A stretch of DNA of 56,152 nucleotides, counting the filler, from Sphacelaria rigidula (taxonomy: Eukaryota): the NCBI GenBank assembly GCA_964200075.2. It is 7 parts of 7 records of this genome, joined end to end, with 100 filler letters (N's around TTAATTAATTAA, not from the genome) between each part and the next. Parts side by side here need not be neighbours in the genome. Positions count along the whole stretch, not along the records: positions 32,147 to 40,082 come from CAXNAA020012923.1; positions 40,183 to 48,117 come from CAXNAA020012924.1; positions 48,218 to 56,152 come from CAXNAA020012925.1; 4 more parts are not named here. One strand, given 5' to 3'. Below, in pieces: positions 38,801 to 50,033 of this stretch. Made by a program: the position numbers and the translations under genes. Within the stretch, counting starts at the first letter, position 1, and every line of letters starts with the position of its first letter. The notes under the pieces are model-generated. The model worked only from the letters and a program-made list of their open reading frames with translations. It was not told the origin of the DNA and did no database searches.

Positions 38801-39688
38801 GTGCATTCATCGATCGCATGCTGCTATTAATACAACATTTCAGTGTGAAATCATTCACATGCTGGACAGCGATAGCGCCGAGCACTCCGGTCAAAGTTCA
38901 ACATGCCTGGCTCGTTGATGCTTGCAAATAAACATATACGAAGTATTTTTACCATGAAGTATATGTATATATATATATATATATCCGCGATAATATCAAG
39001 GCGCGGTTACAAGATAAAAATGTATACCGTACGATTTCTTCCGAGACTGCAGTAAACAGGTGGAGAAACCCGCTCGAAGCACACCTCAAGGAAGGGGTGA
39101 GACGAAAAAGAGAGAGAGGGGACAGAGAATACTGGATAATACCGGTACAGACAAAAAGGAAAAAAAAACAGGGAACGGGGAGAGTAGAAAAGGAAAAGAA
39201 AGAGAGAGAGGAAAAAAACAAGATAAAAAACAGGGAACAAAAGACGCCAGGGTATAATCTAGTACCGGTACCGACCCCGTAACAAAAACAAAAAATAAAA
39301 AATCATATATATATAAATAAAAACAATAAAACACCACCTCGTAATATTCAAGTCACCCACAACACTGTATCCACCTCTCAACAGTCTTCCCCTCCGCCTC
39401 CCCCCAAATTCACCTCTTTCGTTTCCTCATCACGCGTCACCCCGCACGCAGAGTCAGCGTAGGTCGACGACCCCTGCAAATTCCCGCTTGCCCTTTCATT
39501 CTGCGTAAACTCATCCATGATACGAGTGCGGCTGTTGCTGCTACTGCAGCTGCTTCCGCCCCCGCTGCTGGAACCTCCTAATGACATGGCAAAGCTACCG
39601 AGATGTTGCGCCACTGGATTGTCTCCCAAAAAGCTCAGGCACTCTTGGACGCGCACCGCGCTCGACAGTCCCGGGAATCTCTGCTCCT
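32883..39688 (-). CDS. Partial multi-exon gene of unknown function, possibly the C-terminal region of a brown-algal Zn2Cys6-type transcription factor family
   Basis: Candidate AG/GT-bounded exons: 39414-39688, 37407-37460, 37150-37178, 36139-36304 (VLFVGDTRILEVSMG...), 35315-35456 (LGATDNALRAVRRFCAILDEFPGIMRQ), 34883-34955, 33345-33389 and 32883-32955 (QSLPEFGSAHDIMCKCNHFRCQ). Phases do not all chain. The family resemblance is from memory only. Confidence 0.5.
33936..34190 (+). mobile_element. MITE, copy 1 (inverted relative to 39788-40059)
   Basis: Degenerate TIR GACTTTCTGCAATAGCC...GGCTATCGTAGAAGG; internal sequence is homologous to the reverse complement of 39788-40059. Confidence 0.7.
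37728..38099. mobile_element. hAT-like MITE
   Basis: 17-bp TIRs TA(T/G)AGCTCGGAAATGGT, 8-bp flanks GTCTCGGT/GGCTTGGT (6/8 match, degenerate TSD), and internal ACCATT/AATGGT repeats. Confidence 0.75.
38294..38412. mobile_element. piggyBac-like 119-bp MITE
   Basis: TTAA|CCC...GGG|TTGA termini, ~50-bp imperfect inverted arms. Confidence 0.75.
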
Positions 39689-39787
39689 CTGGATTATTTT
39701 TTGTTCATTTTTTTTCCCCCCATCATCAACGTGGGTGAGTGGGAGGGTGAGCGGTTGGTTGGTTTCCGTAGTTTGAAAAGATGAGGA

Positions 39788-40059
39788 GACAGTTTCTACG
39801 ATAGCCTCCCCCCTCCCCTCGGAAAAAAAAAGTGCGTGGTTTGGGGAGGCAAAATCTTGGACGTGAATCGAAATGGGAAAAACAGAGCACAATGAGCAGC
39901 TGGGAATTCCCACGCTTGGGTTCGTTCTCGCCAGTGTCGCCCATATGAGGCGCTTCATGCAGCCTGAACACAAACATCTGGTGCTGTATGACCATTTTCT
40001 TGTGACACTTTTGGCCTGTTTTTGTGGGGAAGGGGGGGGGGGCTGTCGTAGAAACTGTC
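39788..40059 (-). mobile_element. MITE, copy 2
   Basis: TIRs GACAGTTTCTACGATAGCC / GGCTGTCGTAGAAACTGTC. Confidence 0.75.
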
Positions 40060-40082
40060 GGGAGGAACGACTATTGGCGAGA

Positions 40083-40182
40083 NNNNNNNNNNNNNNNNNN
40101 NNNNNNNNNNNNNNNNNNNNNNNNNNTTAATTAATTAANNNNNNNNNNNNNNNNNNNNNNNNNNNNNNNNNNNNNNNNNNNN
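40083..40182. other. Artificial contig spacer
   Basis: N44-TTAATTAATTAA-N44. Confidence 0.97.
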
Positions 40183-40444
40183 AACAAGCCAACAAAACAA
40201 AATGAACTACAACGTGCTATACGCAAATCCACGAAGGCGCTGGAAATTGCGGAGCAAGAATATAAGTTGTTGACAAAAAGACATTTGGAAGCTTCGCGTC
40301 ATTTTGGACCATGTTGGCAAGTCTGGCAATCACAACTGCGTTCGTACGGTCGCCTGCTCCGCCCTCAAGGCACACTGATTCACCGCCTGACCCACCTGGC
40401 CTGGCACACGTCCAACCATATGCACCGGCCCACTCACAAAACGG

Positions 40445-40715
40445 TAGACGTTTACACATGAGTGGGTTTGTCCGGTATGGTCGCGACGATATTGGCGAGA
40501 CCCCGGGTTGGAGTGTAACCTCAATGGGCAGCGTTTTGCAGTGCCCGAGATCCGTTTTGGATCTGGAGAATCGGTCTTGGTACTGTAGCAGGGCATCACT
40601 GAGCTCTTGGATGACTCCTGATTCCCAGCCGGGCCCATGAAGGTCAAAATTGATATCATGCATGTGTGGCGGCAGTTGGTTCCACATTTGCAAGAAACGT
40701 TTCCGAGAATCCGTT
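40445..40715 (-). mobile_element. Ty3/gypsy pol fragment (region just upstream of RT)
   Basis: FLQMWNQLPPHMHDINFDLHGPGW...LLQYQDRFSRSKTDLGHCKTLPIEVTLQPGVSPISSRPYRTNP, a gypsy pre-RT 'D-x-FS...DLG...P...PYR' signature. Confidence 0.75.
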
Positions 40716-40719
40716 GATG

Positions 40720-43060
40720 GGCCCCAGCGAAGTTAGCAAACCGATCGCTTGTTGCTGGCTTAGCGCCCGAGTTTGTGCTCGCGTCCTGCCCTCCCTGCGT
40801 TCTTCATCGTCATGTGGACCAACGTTGTACGTCTCGAGCTGTCTCAGTGCGTTGCGTGTTGGCGCTGGCACATCTTCTCCATCAGGAATGGCGTCGCTGC
40901 TGTTGCTGGAGGACGATGCAGGTGCTGACGATGTGCTGCTGCTAGGTGATGGTGACGCAGATGCTGATCGGTCGTCGAGAGATGGCGAGGGCGATGTTGA
41001 TGACGACTCGCCGCTGGATGATGATGCTGATGGTGATGGAGCGTCCAGCGGTAGTGGATATTCCGCCGCCTCTGCTGGTTGTTGACTGTCCTCCACTCCC
41101 TGGGCCGGTAGCCGCACGTGGGGAATTCCTCTTCGCGTCAGCGGCCACACTTCTGCCAACTCATCATCGCAGGGTTCACCCCCCCCCTCCCGATTCCGCT
41201 GTCGTCAGTGTTTGCGGGGGCGGGAGAGACTGCGGCGATGCTTTCCACGTGATGTCTCGGATCTCGACAACTTGCCCTCCCCGCGTTAGCACACGGTAAG
41301 AGTCGCGCGGATGCTCGCGCGAAGGCCCGAGATAGAGGCAACTCTCCGCTTTAGACAGCAGCTTGGATGGCCACTTCCATCGGCCGTAGGCTGGCTTGAG
41401 AAAGGGATGTGGACTGGCCGGCATAGCCGTCCCGAACCACATTTCATTAGGTGATTTGTTGTCCGGGTTAAAGGTCGAAGCAGTGTAGTTGAGCTGTTCA
41501 CACGCTCAATGCATTGCCTCGGCCCACAGCTTTTCGGTCTTCGGTAGCCGAACATGACCGAACAATGCCTTCGCCTGATCCCTTGCCGCCATTGCCGTCG
41601 CTTCAATGATTCCTAAAGCGCGCTCTGCAACGCCGTTAAACTAGGGACTATTAGCGGGGGTAAGTTCCTGCTTCATCAACAGCCTATCACATACTGTTCT
41701 GAAATTATCCCCGAAAAACTCTCCTCCGTTGTCAGATCTTACTATCTGTACTATTGAAGGAAATCCGTCCGCGCGCACATCTGCGAGGAAACGGTTGAAA
41801 GCCTGATCAGAATCAGCCTTAAGTTTCAAGAAATACAGTCAGGATTTTCTACTGTAATCGTCCTTGATGATCATTGGGTAGTGTTTCCCCCTACAGATGC
41901 AATTTCTTTTCTCCCTGCTAGGTCTACGAAAACTCTACCGAGCTTGGTTTGAGCTCTATTTTTAGTCTGATGAGGTATACCTTTTCTGTATCCCTTTGCC
42001 ATCGAGCACCCAGTACCTGCATGTATTTCCCGTTCAAGTGCAGTATCTAAATGGTTAGCAGTATGCCTCAGCAGCTGCTCATGAGCATGACCATAGATAC
42101 AGTGAAAAAGGTTATTATCCATCGTTTTTATAGGGGGAGGGTTCGAGGGCGCAATTGCTGGTAATGCGGAAGCATCAAATTGCTCCCCTACCCGATATGC
42201 TGTGGCAACCAAAATACCGTCCTGGTTCGCAAACGTTACACGTCTGTTGAATGCAGTCATTATACCATCTGGATGTCCCAACCGGCCCCAACTTTCCCCA
42301 TCAAATTCCGCACAAGGCGAAAACAGGTTGTATCCTAGATCAGGAGCATAAAGTACGTCTTTTAACTCTGCTACATACTCGTTGTCCTCTGTCATAAATA
42401 CTACTGTCAGATTACCCTTCAGCGAAACGTCACACGTCACGCCGCCTATGCCACCAACACTAGAAGATACTTGTGTAAGATCTCTCATGTATCGCAATGA
42501 ATCTGTCAGATGATAGGGAGTACCAGTATCACCGTACCACTCTTCACAGAAGGGCCTAGAAACAGCAGCAGCTGACGACTTCAAGCGTGAAAGCTCACCA
42601 CTGTCTTTCTTCGACTCTGCTTCGCCTTCCTGATCAGGAGCCCTAATTACGCGAGCTTTGCAGTCTCGTATCCGGTGTGGAAGACCACACCGAAAGCACT
42701 CCAGTGGCTTCCTGCATACGTTTTCAGCTTTCGCGGAATTACTCGTATCAGTATCAGGTTTTGACTGCCTAGCTTTACCCTTATTTCTATTCCCCCTGGC
42801 TTTCGCAACTAGAGCTTGCCCGGTCGATTTGGCAATTTTGCCCTGTACAGAGAAACTTAGTTCGGCATTTCGCACGTGGCTTTCTATCGCTTCTCGATCA
42901 CGCGGAAAATGAATGCTCATAGCAATTCTGACCATTTCGTATTCACTCGTGAGTCCACGCAACATGAGGGAACAAACAGTTCTCTCGTCCTTCTCTACTC
43001 CTAGCATAAGATGAACGCTCCAAACTTCCCTGATGTGAGTACCAGGGTAGTCCACAAGTC
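40720..43060 (-). mobile_element. Degenerate Ty1/copia element: gag (Zn knuckle), protease, pre-integrase, integrase and linker; no RT
   Basis: ORF 41871..43055 contains CFRCGLPHRIRDC, WYGDTGTPYHLT, LKDVLYAPDLGYNLFS, FHCIYGH and RVFVDLAG. The integrase shows VRSDNGGEF and NGVAERALG, followed by CLYLGPSREHPRDSYRVL. Stops and frameshifts are present. Confidence 0.9.
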
Positions 43061-43147
43061 TTCCACGTCTACAACCGCCCCTTCGTTCCGGGAACGTTCA
43101 CATCTCCGGCATGGTTCCGGGAACGTTCTCAAGAACACTACTCTGTC

Positions 43148-43250
43148 CCATCCGGGTCAATGATTATCCCGTCCGGATCATTCTCTATCCTGTCCGGGTC
43201 ATTGTATATCCCGTCCGGGTCATTGTCTTCCCGTCTCTGGAGTCATTGTC
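43148..43250. repeat. 21-bp tandem repeat x4-5 in the gypsy 5' region
   Basis: CCCGTCCGGGTCATTGTATAT-like units. Confidence 0.8.
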
Positions 43251-43489
43251 ATACTCCAACCTCGAGACGGCACCGCTCATGGTGCCCTCTCGAGGCACTT
43301 CATATCTCAACCATGGAGTTTCCCCTCACACAAGAACGAACTGTCTAGGCACGTCCCACGGCCAAGCACGTGGCTCCTGAGACTACCACTCCAACACCAA
43401 GGGGTAGTAGCCTTATTGGCGTCGACTTGACAAACTAACCTGCATAGCTTAGAGGCAATAATTTCGTCCTCGACTTCATCGAATCCATC

Positions 43490-44650
43490 ATGGCGGACGA
43501 CCAGCAGCATAAAATGGTTTTCAATGCTGATGATCTCCCTCAACAAGAAGAGGAAGAAGAACCAGAATACGATGATCGCTCACACCGTCGTCACAACAGG
43601 CGCTCTCCATCGCCAACGCCGCAAACCATTGCAGTAGGGTCAGTTAGCACGCCAACTGCTCAACTACGTGGGCCGCCGTCACCCTCCCCCGCTCTACAGC
43701 GAATGTCTACTCCAGGCGACGCCCGACAAGATTCGGAAAAAATGATGTGGACCATCGTGAAACGAGATATGGCAAAGCGTGAAAGCGGCGAAATAGCGGA
43801 GCTTCCGCCGGATACTCGAGAGATGTGGCAACATTTGGCAAGTTCTAAAAACCCTCAGTCCACTCAGTCCACTCAATCCACTCAGTCCACTCAGTCCACA
43901 TCGGCGGGCATATCTAATCAAAGTGCCCCCGCCTCTATTCCCTCAGTTGAGCAAATATCTCGTACATTCGCTGATGCACTCAAACGCAAATCGGGAGATT
44001 GTCATATCACGGCAGCTGATGTTCGCCGGATCTCCCGCCTCGATGGCTCCAGCGATGCAGATGTACCAGAAATCCTCGCACAGTATCGTCTCACTGTCGG
44101 GCTCAAAGCAAAATCAGTTCAACCAGATGACAGTAAGTTCGCTGACAAATTAGCGTACACGTATTTCTCACTCATCTGCGATGGTCAGTGCCACACTATG
44201 TTTGATCAAGTCATGTCAGGTCAAATAGATTGGACATCTGAAAACGTCTCCTCTGATGATACTCGCGCCAAAGGTTCCTTTACTCCCCCAGCAACGTGGG
44301 CAGAACTTAGTCGCGCAATGTTGGATTTACTCATGCCAGCAAACTCTGTTGAAGAATGTGCGCTCAGTCTTGCGACGTTCAAACAGCTACCTGCCGAACA
44401 GGTCAGCACATATGCACTCAGGTTCAAAAAGCTCATCACCCGCTTTGAGTCATCTGTGTTCAGATCTCGAAGCACATCAGAAAGAGCACCGTGGTCCGCT
44501 TTTCTTGTCACTCTCTGGCAGCATGGCCTCAAACCAGCCATTCAGTGCCTTCAATTGGCTGAAAAACCAGTTACTTCCTTACAGGAAGCGGTTGACCGAG
44601 CACGCCGCCACGAGGCTGCATCTCTCGCTGGCGTCACAGTCAGTTCTTGA
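43490..44650 (+). CDS. Ty3/gypsy gag
   Basis: 386-aa open ORF with PATWAELSRAMLDLL..., FKQLPAEQVSTYALRFKKL and WQHGLKPAIQ (retrotransposon gag/capsid pattern); lies upstream of pol. Confidence 0.8.
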   Translation: MADDQQHKMVFNADDLPQQEEEEEPEYDDRSHRRHNRRSPSPTPQTIAVGSVSTPTAQLRGPPSPSPALQRMSTPGDARQDSEKMMWTIVKRDMAKRESGEIAELPPDTREMWQHLASSKNPQSTQSTQSTQSTQSTSAGISNQSAPASIPSVEQISRTFADALKRKSGDCHITAADVRRISRLDGSSDADVPEILAQYRLTVGLKAKSVQPDDSKFADKLAYTYFSLICDGQCHTMFDQVMSGQIDWTSENVSSDDTRAKGSFTPPATWAELSRAMLDLLMPANSVEECALSLATFKQLPAEQVSTYALRFKKLITRFESSVFRSRSTSERAPWSAFLVTLWQHGLKPAIQCLQLAEKPVTSLQEAVDRARRHEAASLAGVTVSS

Positions 44651-45381
44651 GCGTTTTAACAAATCCCCAACCGCTTCACGATCGCTCAGTTTCAGGTCCC
44701 ATCACCCAAGAAACCATACGGAGCAACAAAATCCACACATCATAAATCTAAGCAAAAGTCAACTCTGAAACCGCCCCTCCCCGAGTTCTTGGGACCCGAA
44801 AACACCAGAAGAGGCTTCAGCACCGGAACGACCGTGGTGTCTATATATACGATGCAGAAGGAACCCCGGTCAAACCGAAGAACGGTTGTTCACGAAACTC
44901 AAACACCTGGCTGAAAACGAACAAGTCAACGGAACTCAGCAAGCGTCATCCACGCAGACAGCTGGACGCCAACGCCTCGGATGCGATGGATGACGAAGAT
45001 TGAAGGTGCCCCACGAGTTCAGCGTCCGCGCCTGTAGGGGTAACTTCGAATGCTGGTTTTCTAAAGTCTAGCATGGGCGTGAAGAGAAGAAAATCTCTCA
45101 ACACGTCAGTAGTACATAGTTCAGTGTCTACCATAGATGAAGTTAGTGATGTCCCCACTTGCTTATCAATGGATATTATGTCAGATTGCGATCTAAGTTC
45201 AACGATCGAATCCCCGCCTATTTCGAACATGTCTAGTAGGAAGACTCTGGTATCAACCACGTCCTCAATATCGAAAAAAATCTTCGAAACGCACCCGCTG
45301 TGAATCGGTAACGACAATATCCAACACGTCTACTACTCTCCCCAGTAGGAGTACTGCTACACACGATGAGTCCCATCGACC

Positions 45382-48117
45382 ATGTGGCATACCTCTTCAT
45401 TGGCTTCTGTAGACAGATCATTCTCACTGTCGTTTTCTTCTCAACGTGTACGTGTCACAGGCTCAATCAACGGTCAAATTACACCCGACATATCAATAGA
45501 TACTGCTACTGACGTCTCAGTGGCATCGATAGCACTTTTCAAAAATAATCCCGTGCTTCGATCAATCACACCACATCCTGTCCCTCCATCTGCCGTAAAT
45601 TTACGTGCAGCTAACGGTTCGCCCCTACAAATCCTGGGGTTCGCCCGTTTCAAACTCAAAATGGTAAAACAATCCGCTCCATCGAAGCACTTGCCCTCCC
45701 TTCACTTAGTCCTGACTTGTTGCTACTCGATAATCACTGTATGTCTACGTTTGGTGCCACACTTGATTAGGCAAATCAAACACTGTCTTTCCGTATTGAT
45801 GGCTTCTCTATCCCAGCCATTCATCGAAAAAATATTAGCACTCCCTCATCACAGACGCCTACTGATCAACAATCAGAAACATTTTCGGTAGCGGCTATGC
45901 ATAGAAATGCTGAAGAAATTCCGGTAATACTGATAGAGCGAATCACGCTGAAACCTCAGCATGAGGCAGTCGTCGAAGCTTTTACAGAATATTTGCCTGC
46001 GACTTATTGTACAGTAATTGTCAAACCTCGTCTTGTCTCTAGCGATGAAATGTCACAGCCAGGCAGTCTACGAGTGTTTGAATCACTAATCGTCGCCCGT
46101 ACATTGGCGACTTGATCTGCTACAGACGGGTCCGTGACAGTACAAATCGCTAATATATCGTCTCACGAAGTACTATTGCCAGCAAGGCTAATTTTGGGTA
46201 ATCTCATCACTGTATCTGTCGTGAACCCAGAACATTTGCATGTCAACGCTGTAGCGAGAGTCCCTCAAACATTATCTGAAGTCAACAAAGCAATAGACGA
46301 ACTTCGAAATCGACTGCCCAAATTCTTTGAAGGCTCCACATTCACTAAGTCTCAAAAAGACAGCCTTCTCAACTTATGCGCGAAATTTCGCCCTGTTTTC
46401 TCTCTGTCAATGCAAGAGTTGGGTACATGCACTATAACAGAAGCAGATCTCCCCCTCAAAGCGAACACCCGTCCTGTCGATAAAACCTCTCATCGTTCCA
46501 ATCCCCGCACTCGTGCGATTATTGATAAATGCGTCAAGGATATGCTCGAGTGGAACATCATTGAAGAGCATCCCAGCGCTTGGGGTCCTCCTGCTTGTGT
46601 TGTAGCGAAAAAGAATGGTGAGCCACGATTTTGTGTTGATTACCGTGGAACATTGAACCCATCTCTCGTCCGCAAAACATGGCCTCTTCCAAATATTGAC
46701 ACATGCCTTGATGCAGTTGGTGGTACAAAATTCATCACAGTCATGGATGTCATTAGTGCGTATTGGCAAATACCAGTACCCGAAAAAGACATGGATAAAA
46801 CCGCTTTTGTCACCGAACGTGGTAAATATGTCTTCCGTCGTCTCCCATTCGGCATATTATGTGCTCCATGGATTTTTCAACGCACAATGGCCATGGCTCT
46901 CGGTCGCATAGGGCCAGATTATAGAATATTATGCTTCATGGATGACATCATCTATCTGTCTTACTAAGTAGCTCCACGTTTGAGGCACATTTGAAATCCC
47001 TCGAACGTACATTCGCAGCCTTACAAGCCGCGGGCTTGACTCTCAAGCCCTCAAAACGTTTCGGCCCCAAACAGGTCTCATACCTTGGTCATGTCATTTC
47101 TGCCGAGGGTATTTCAGTAGGTAAAGATTGCATTCAAGCTATCAACGACATACCTACTCCGACTTGTATCAAAGACCTTCGCTCTGTCCTAGGCATGGTA
47201 AATGTTGTACGTCGATTTATCACAGATCATGCCGACATCACAGCACCTCTGGTCAATTTCACACGAAAAGAATTCACCATCAAACGCCTGTTCAAAAAGG
47301 CATGGGAAATCGAACAAGATGACGCCTTCGCTCAAATTATACGATTACTCACATCAGCACCAGTCCTAAAATTTCCGGACTTCTCTCGAGAGTTTGTCGT
47401 ACACTGCGATGCTAGTAATCTTGGTTCGGGGTCATTTCTCGGTCAGCAGTCTAGAGACAACACCAACCCGAACGACATTGACATCATCGCATATTTCTCG
47501 AAGCGTTTCTCCAAATCACAGCGTCACTACAGTCCCACGATGAAAGAATGTTGCAGTGTTGTCTGGTCTCTACCTCACTGGAGAAGTTATCTATGGGGTC
47601 GTCATTCCACTTGGACAGATCACTAAGCTCTCATGCATTTATATAATATGCAAGACACCAGCAACATGCTAACTCGATGGTCAATCCAACTGCAGAGCTT
47701 CGATTTCACGGTGAAACATGTTCTCGGGAAATTAAACGTTGTGCCAGATGCGTTGTCTCGCCTATTTGGTGACACGAACGGTGAAGAAATTCAATCGGAA
47801 CCCAGATTAGCAGCCATCTACCGTAACGTACCGGATGATCGACCGTATCATCGCCCGTCCCCCCAAGAATTTGAAGTATCTGCTCATCAAATAGATGATA
47901 TCCTTCCTGTCGAGAGCGACCGCGACATGTTCACAAGTGCAGTATCTATCTTCCCTGTTGCAGATCCCGTTCAAATTGCGAAACAACAACATGAAGAGTT
48001 CGGTCCATACATCAACTATCTCAATAATCCCAAATCGTCTCCCCTTCCTTCGAAGGAAACCACTCATGACTGCTGCCGAGATAGCCCCCCCCCCAAACCG
48101 GCCCAAAACGTGCACGG
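45382..48117 (+). pseudogene. Ty3/gypsy pol (protease-RT-RNase H), disrupted and truncated at contig end
   Basis: Protease IDTATDVS. RT RFCVDYR..LN, LPFG..CAPWIFQRTM, FMDDII. RNase H VHCDAS, IAYFSK...HYSPTMKEC, LTRWSIQLQSFDF...GKLNVVPDALSR. In-frame stops and frameshifts. Confidence 0.93.
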
Positions 48118-48217
48118 NNNNNNNNNNNNNNNNNNNNNNNNNNNNNNNNNNNNNNNNNNNNTTAATTAATTAANNNNNNNNNNNNNNNNNNNNNNNNNNN
48201 NNNNNNNNNNNNNNNNN
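48118..48217. other. Artificial contig spacer
   Basis: N44-TTAATTAATTAA-N44. Confidence 0.97.
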
Positions 48218-48591
48218 CTCCCCCCCCATTTTGAGCTACCTTCACCCCGGCGCCCTTGCTTTCCCCCCCTCCCCCCCCCCCCCCTGCTCCCCCCTGCTGA
48301 GGTCAGTACCTAGCAAGACCGAGAATTTGAAAATATATATTTTTTTGTATCATTAATAGATTTTTGCTTGACTCTACTTTTCCTTCATTTCGCGTATGGT
48401 GCTTGAGCAATCATGTACACGCGAAGCGGTGATACAAACTCGGATTCAAATAATATTTTCTCGGCGGAAAGGGGGTTGCCGAAGTGTTTGAGGCGCTCAC
48501 GCCTGTTCAACGCCAAAACACGATGACGTATCTATATCCATATCTATACAGCATACTTCGAAGTATGTATATGTATATATCTATATATATC

Positions 48592-49246
48592 TCCCGCACA
48601 AAGGAGCCCGACGAAAGTGGTTCGTCTACGGTGTAGAGGTCAACGATGCATACGATTGGGTCACTGCGGCGAAGGACCTGGGCAAATGGCATGTTGGAGT
48701 CGAAAAGGGAGCAGAAGAGTTCGAGGACACGTGGCGACGCGCGGACAAGCGAGAATCAGACCGACATCACAAGCGAGAGGCTGCTACGTCGAGGGCTGCC
48801 CATCGGAAAATTCTGTTCTCTCATATCGGTTGTTGATCATGTCCTTAGTCGGTGGCTCCGCGGTGCCCACTGGTGTGTGTCTGTATCTCCTCTGCTGCCA
48901 TGAATCCCTCAGACCGTTTTTTTTTTCCCCATCGTTTCGTTGCATTTATTTTTTTGCTTTGTACTTTCATCTTGTTTTCCTTTTTCTTGCTTTAGGTCGA
49001 CCATTTCTTTCTGTGCTTTGCTTGTGTTGAATTTTCATTACTTTTTTTTTCACGACTTAGTCTGCTATGTCGTTCTGTTCGACCCCTCTTTCTTTTTCTG
49101 TTCCTGTTTTCTGTTCCTTTTTTTTTTCCCTCACAGCGAGTTTGAATTTCGTTTTTTTGGGTACGTCTATCATGACACCACGGCTGGACCCCTGGGGGGT
49201 CAGTTGAAGGCGACCATCAAATCAAATCAAATCAAATCAAATCAAT
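48592..49246 (+). mobile_element. 5'-truncated RTE-like LINE 3' end
   Basis: Closely related to 14082-14904; (ATCAA)n tail. Confidence 0.8.
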
Positions 49247-49498
49247 GTATTTGGTATGCGTCCATCTTTTACTTTAAACGGCAACCCCTGAGATGTTTTT
49301 TTGATGCTGAAAGATAGCACCCGCTAGGATGAGCAACAGCGCGGCTGTCGCTGACTTACCTTCCCCTCACTCATCATTTTGCTTGCCGCCCACCAATCGG
49401 CAGCGACACCCCAAAAGCACAGCTCAGTGCGCAGATATTGCTGCCGACTGATGAGCCGCTACGGTCAACGATATTTATATACTTCTTTTTCTTCTTCC

Positions 49499-49577
<79 letters not shown>
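49499..49577. repeat. (TTG)n microsatellite
   Basis: Directly visible. Confidence 0.95.
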
Positions 49578-49946
49578 CATCATCTTCCAAATAGGAGCAA
49601 GAAGAGACGTCAAGAAAACAGAAGAGATGTCGCTTCTCCCGAGTTGATCGGGGTACGATGAAAACGAATCCATCAGATCTACTCATGGAGCGTACAGTAC
49701 ACAAGAAAAAGGGACATGAAAGAAAAGTACAGAGACAAGAGGGATTTAAATGTATACCGCTGTACTCCAATATCTTCTCAATGTCGGGTTGCTGCCAACC
49801 AATCTAAGATGTTGCACTTCATTTTGACATTAATGATGCTGTAGACCCACGGCGTGCTGTCTCTACTAATTTCGGGCGCCGTCTCGGTTGGTGCAGCTCC
49901 ACGAGTACTCCAGTCAGCCGAAGGCTATTTTGGGATATAGAAGTAC

Positions 49947-50033
49947 TTTCTTGGGTACGTACGTCTATCATGAGACCACGGCTGGACCCCGGGGGGGTCA
50001 GGTAAAGTGCGACAATCAACCAATCAATCAATC
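49947..50033 (+). mobile_element. Minimal LINE 3'-end insertion with 6-bp TSD
   Basis: AAGTAC (49941-49946) | hairpin + (AATC)n tail | AAGTAC (50034-50039). Confidence 0.75.
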
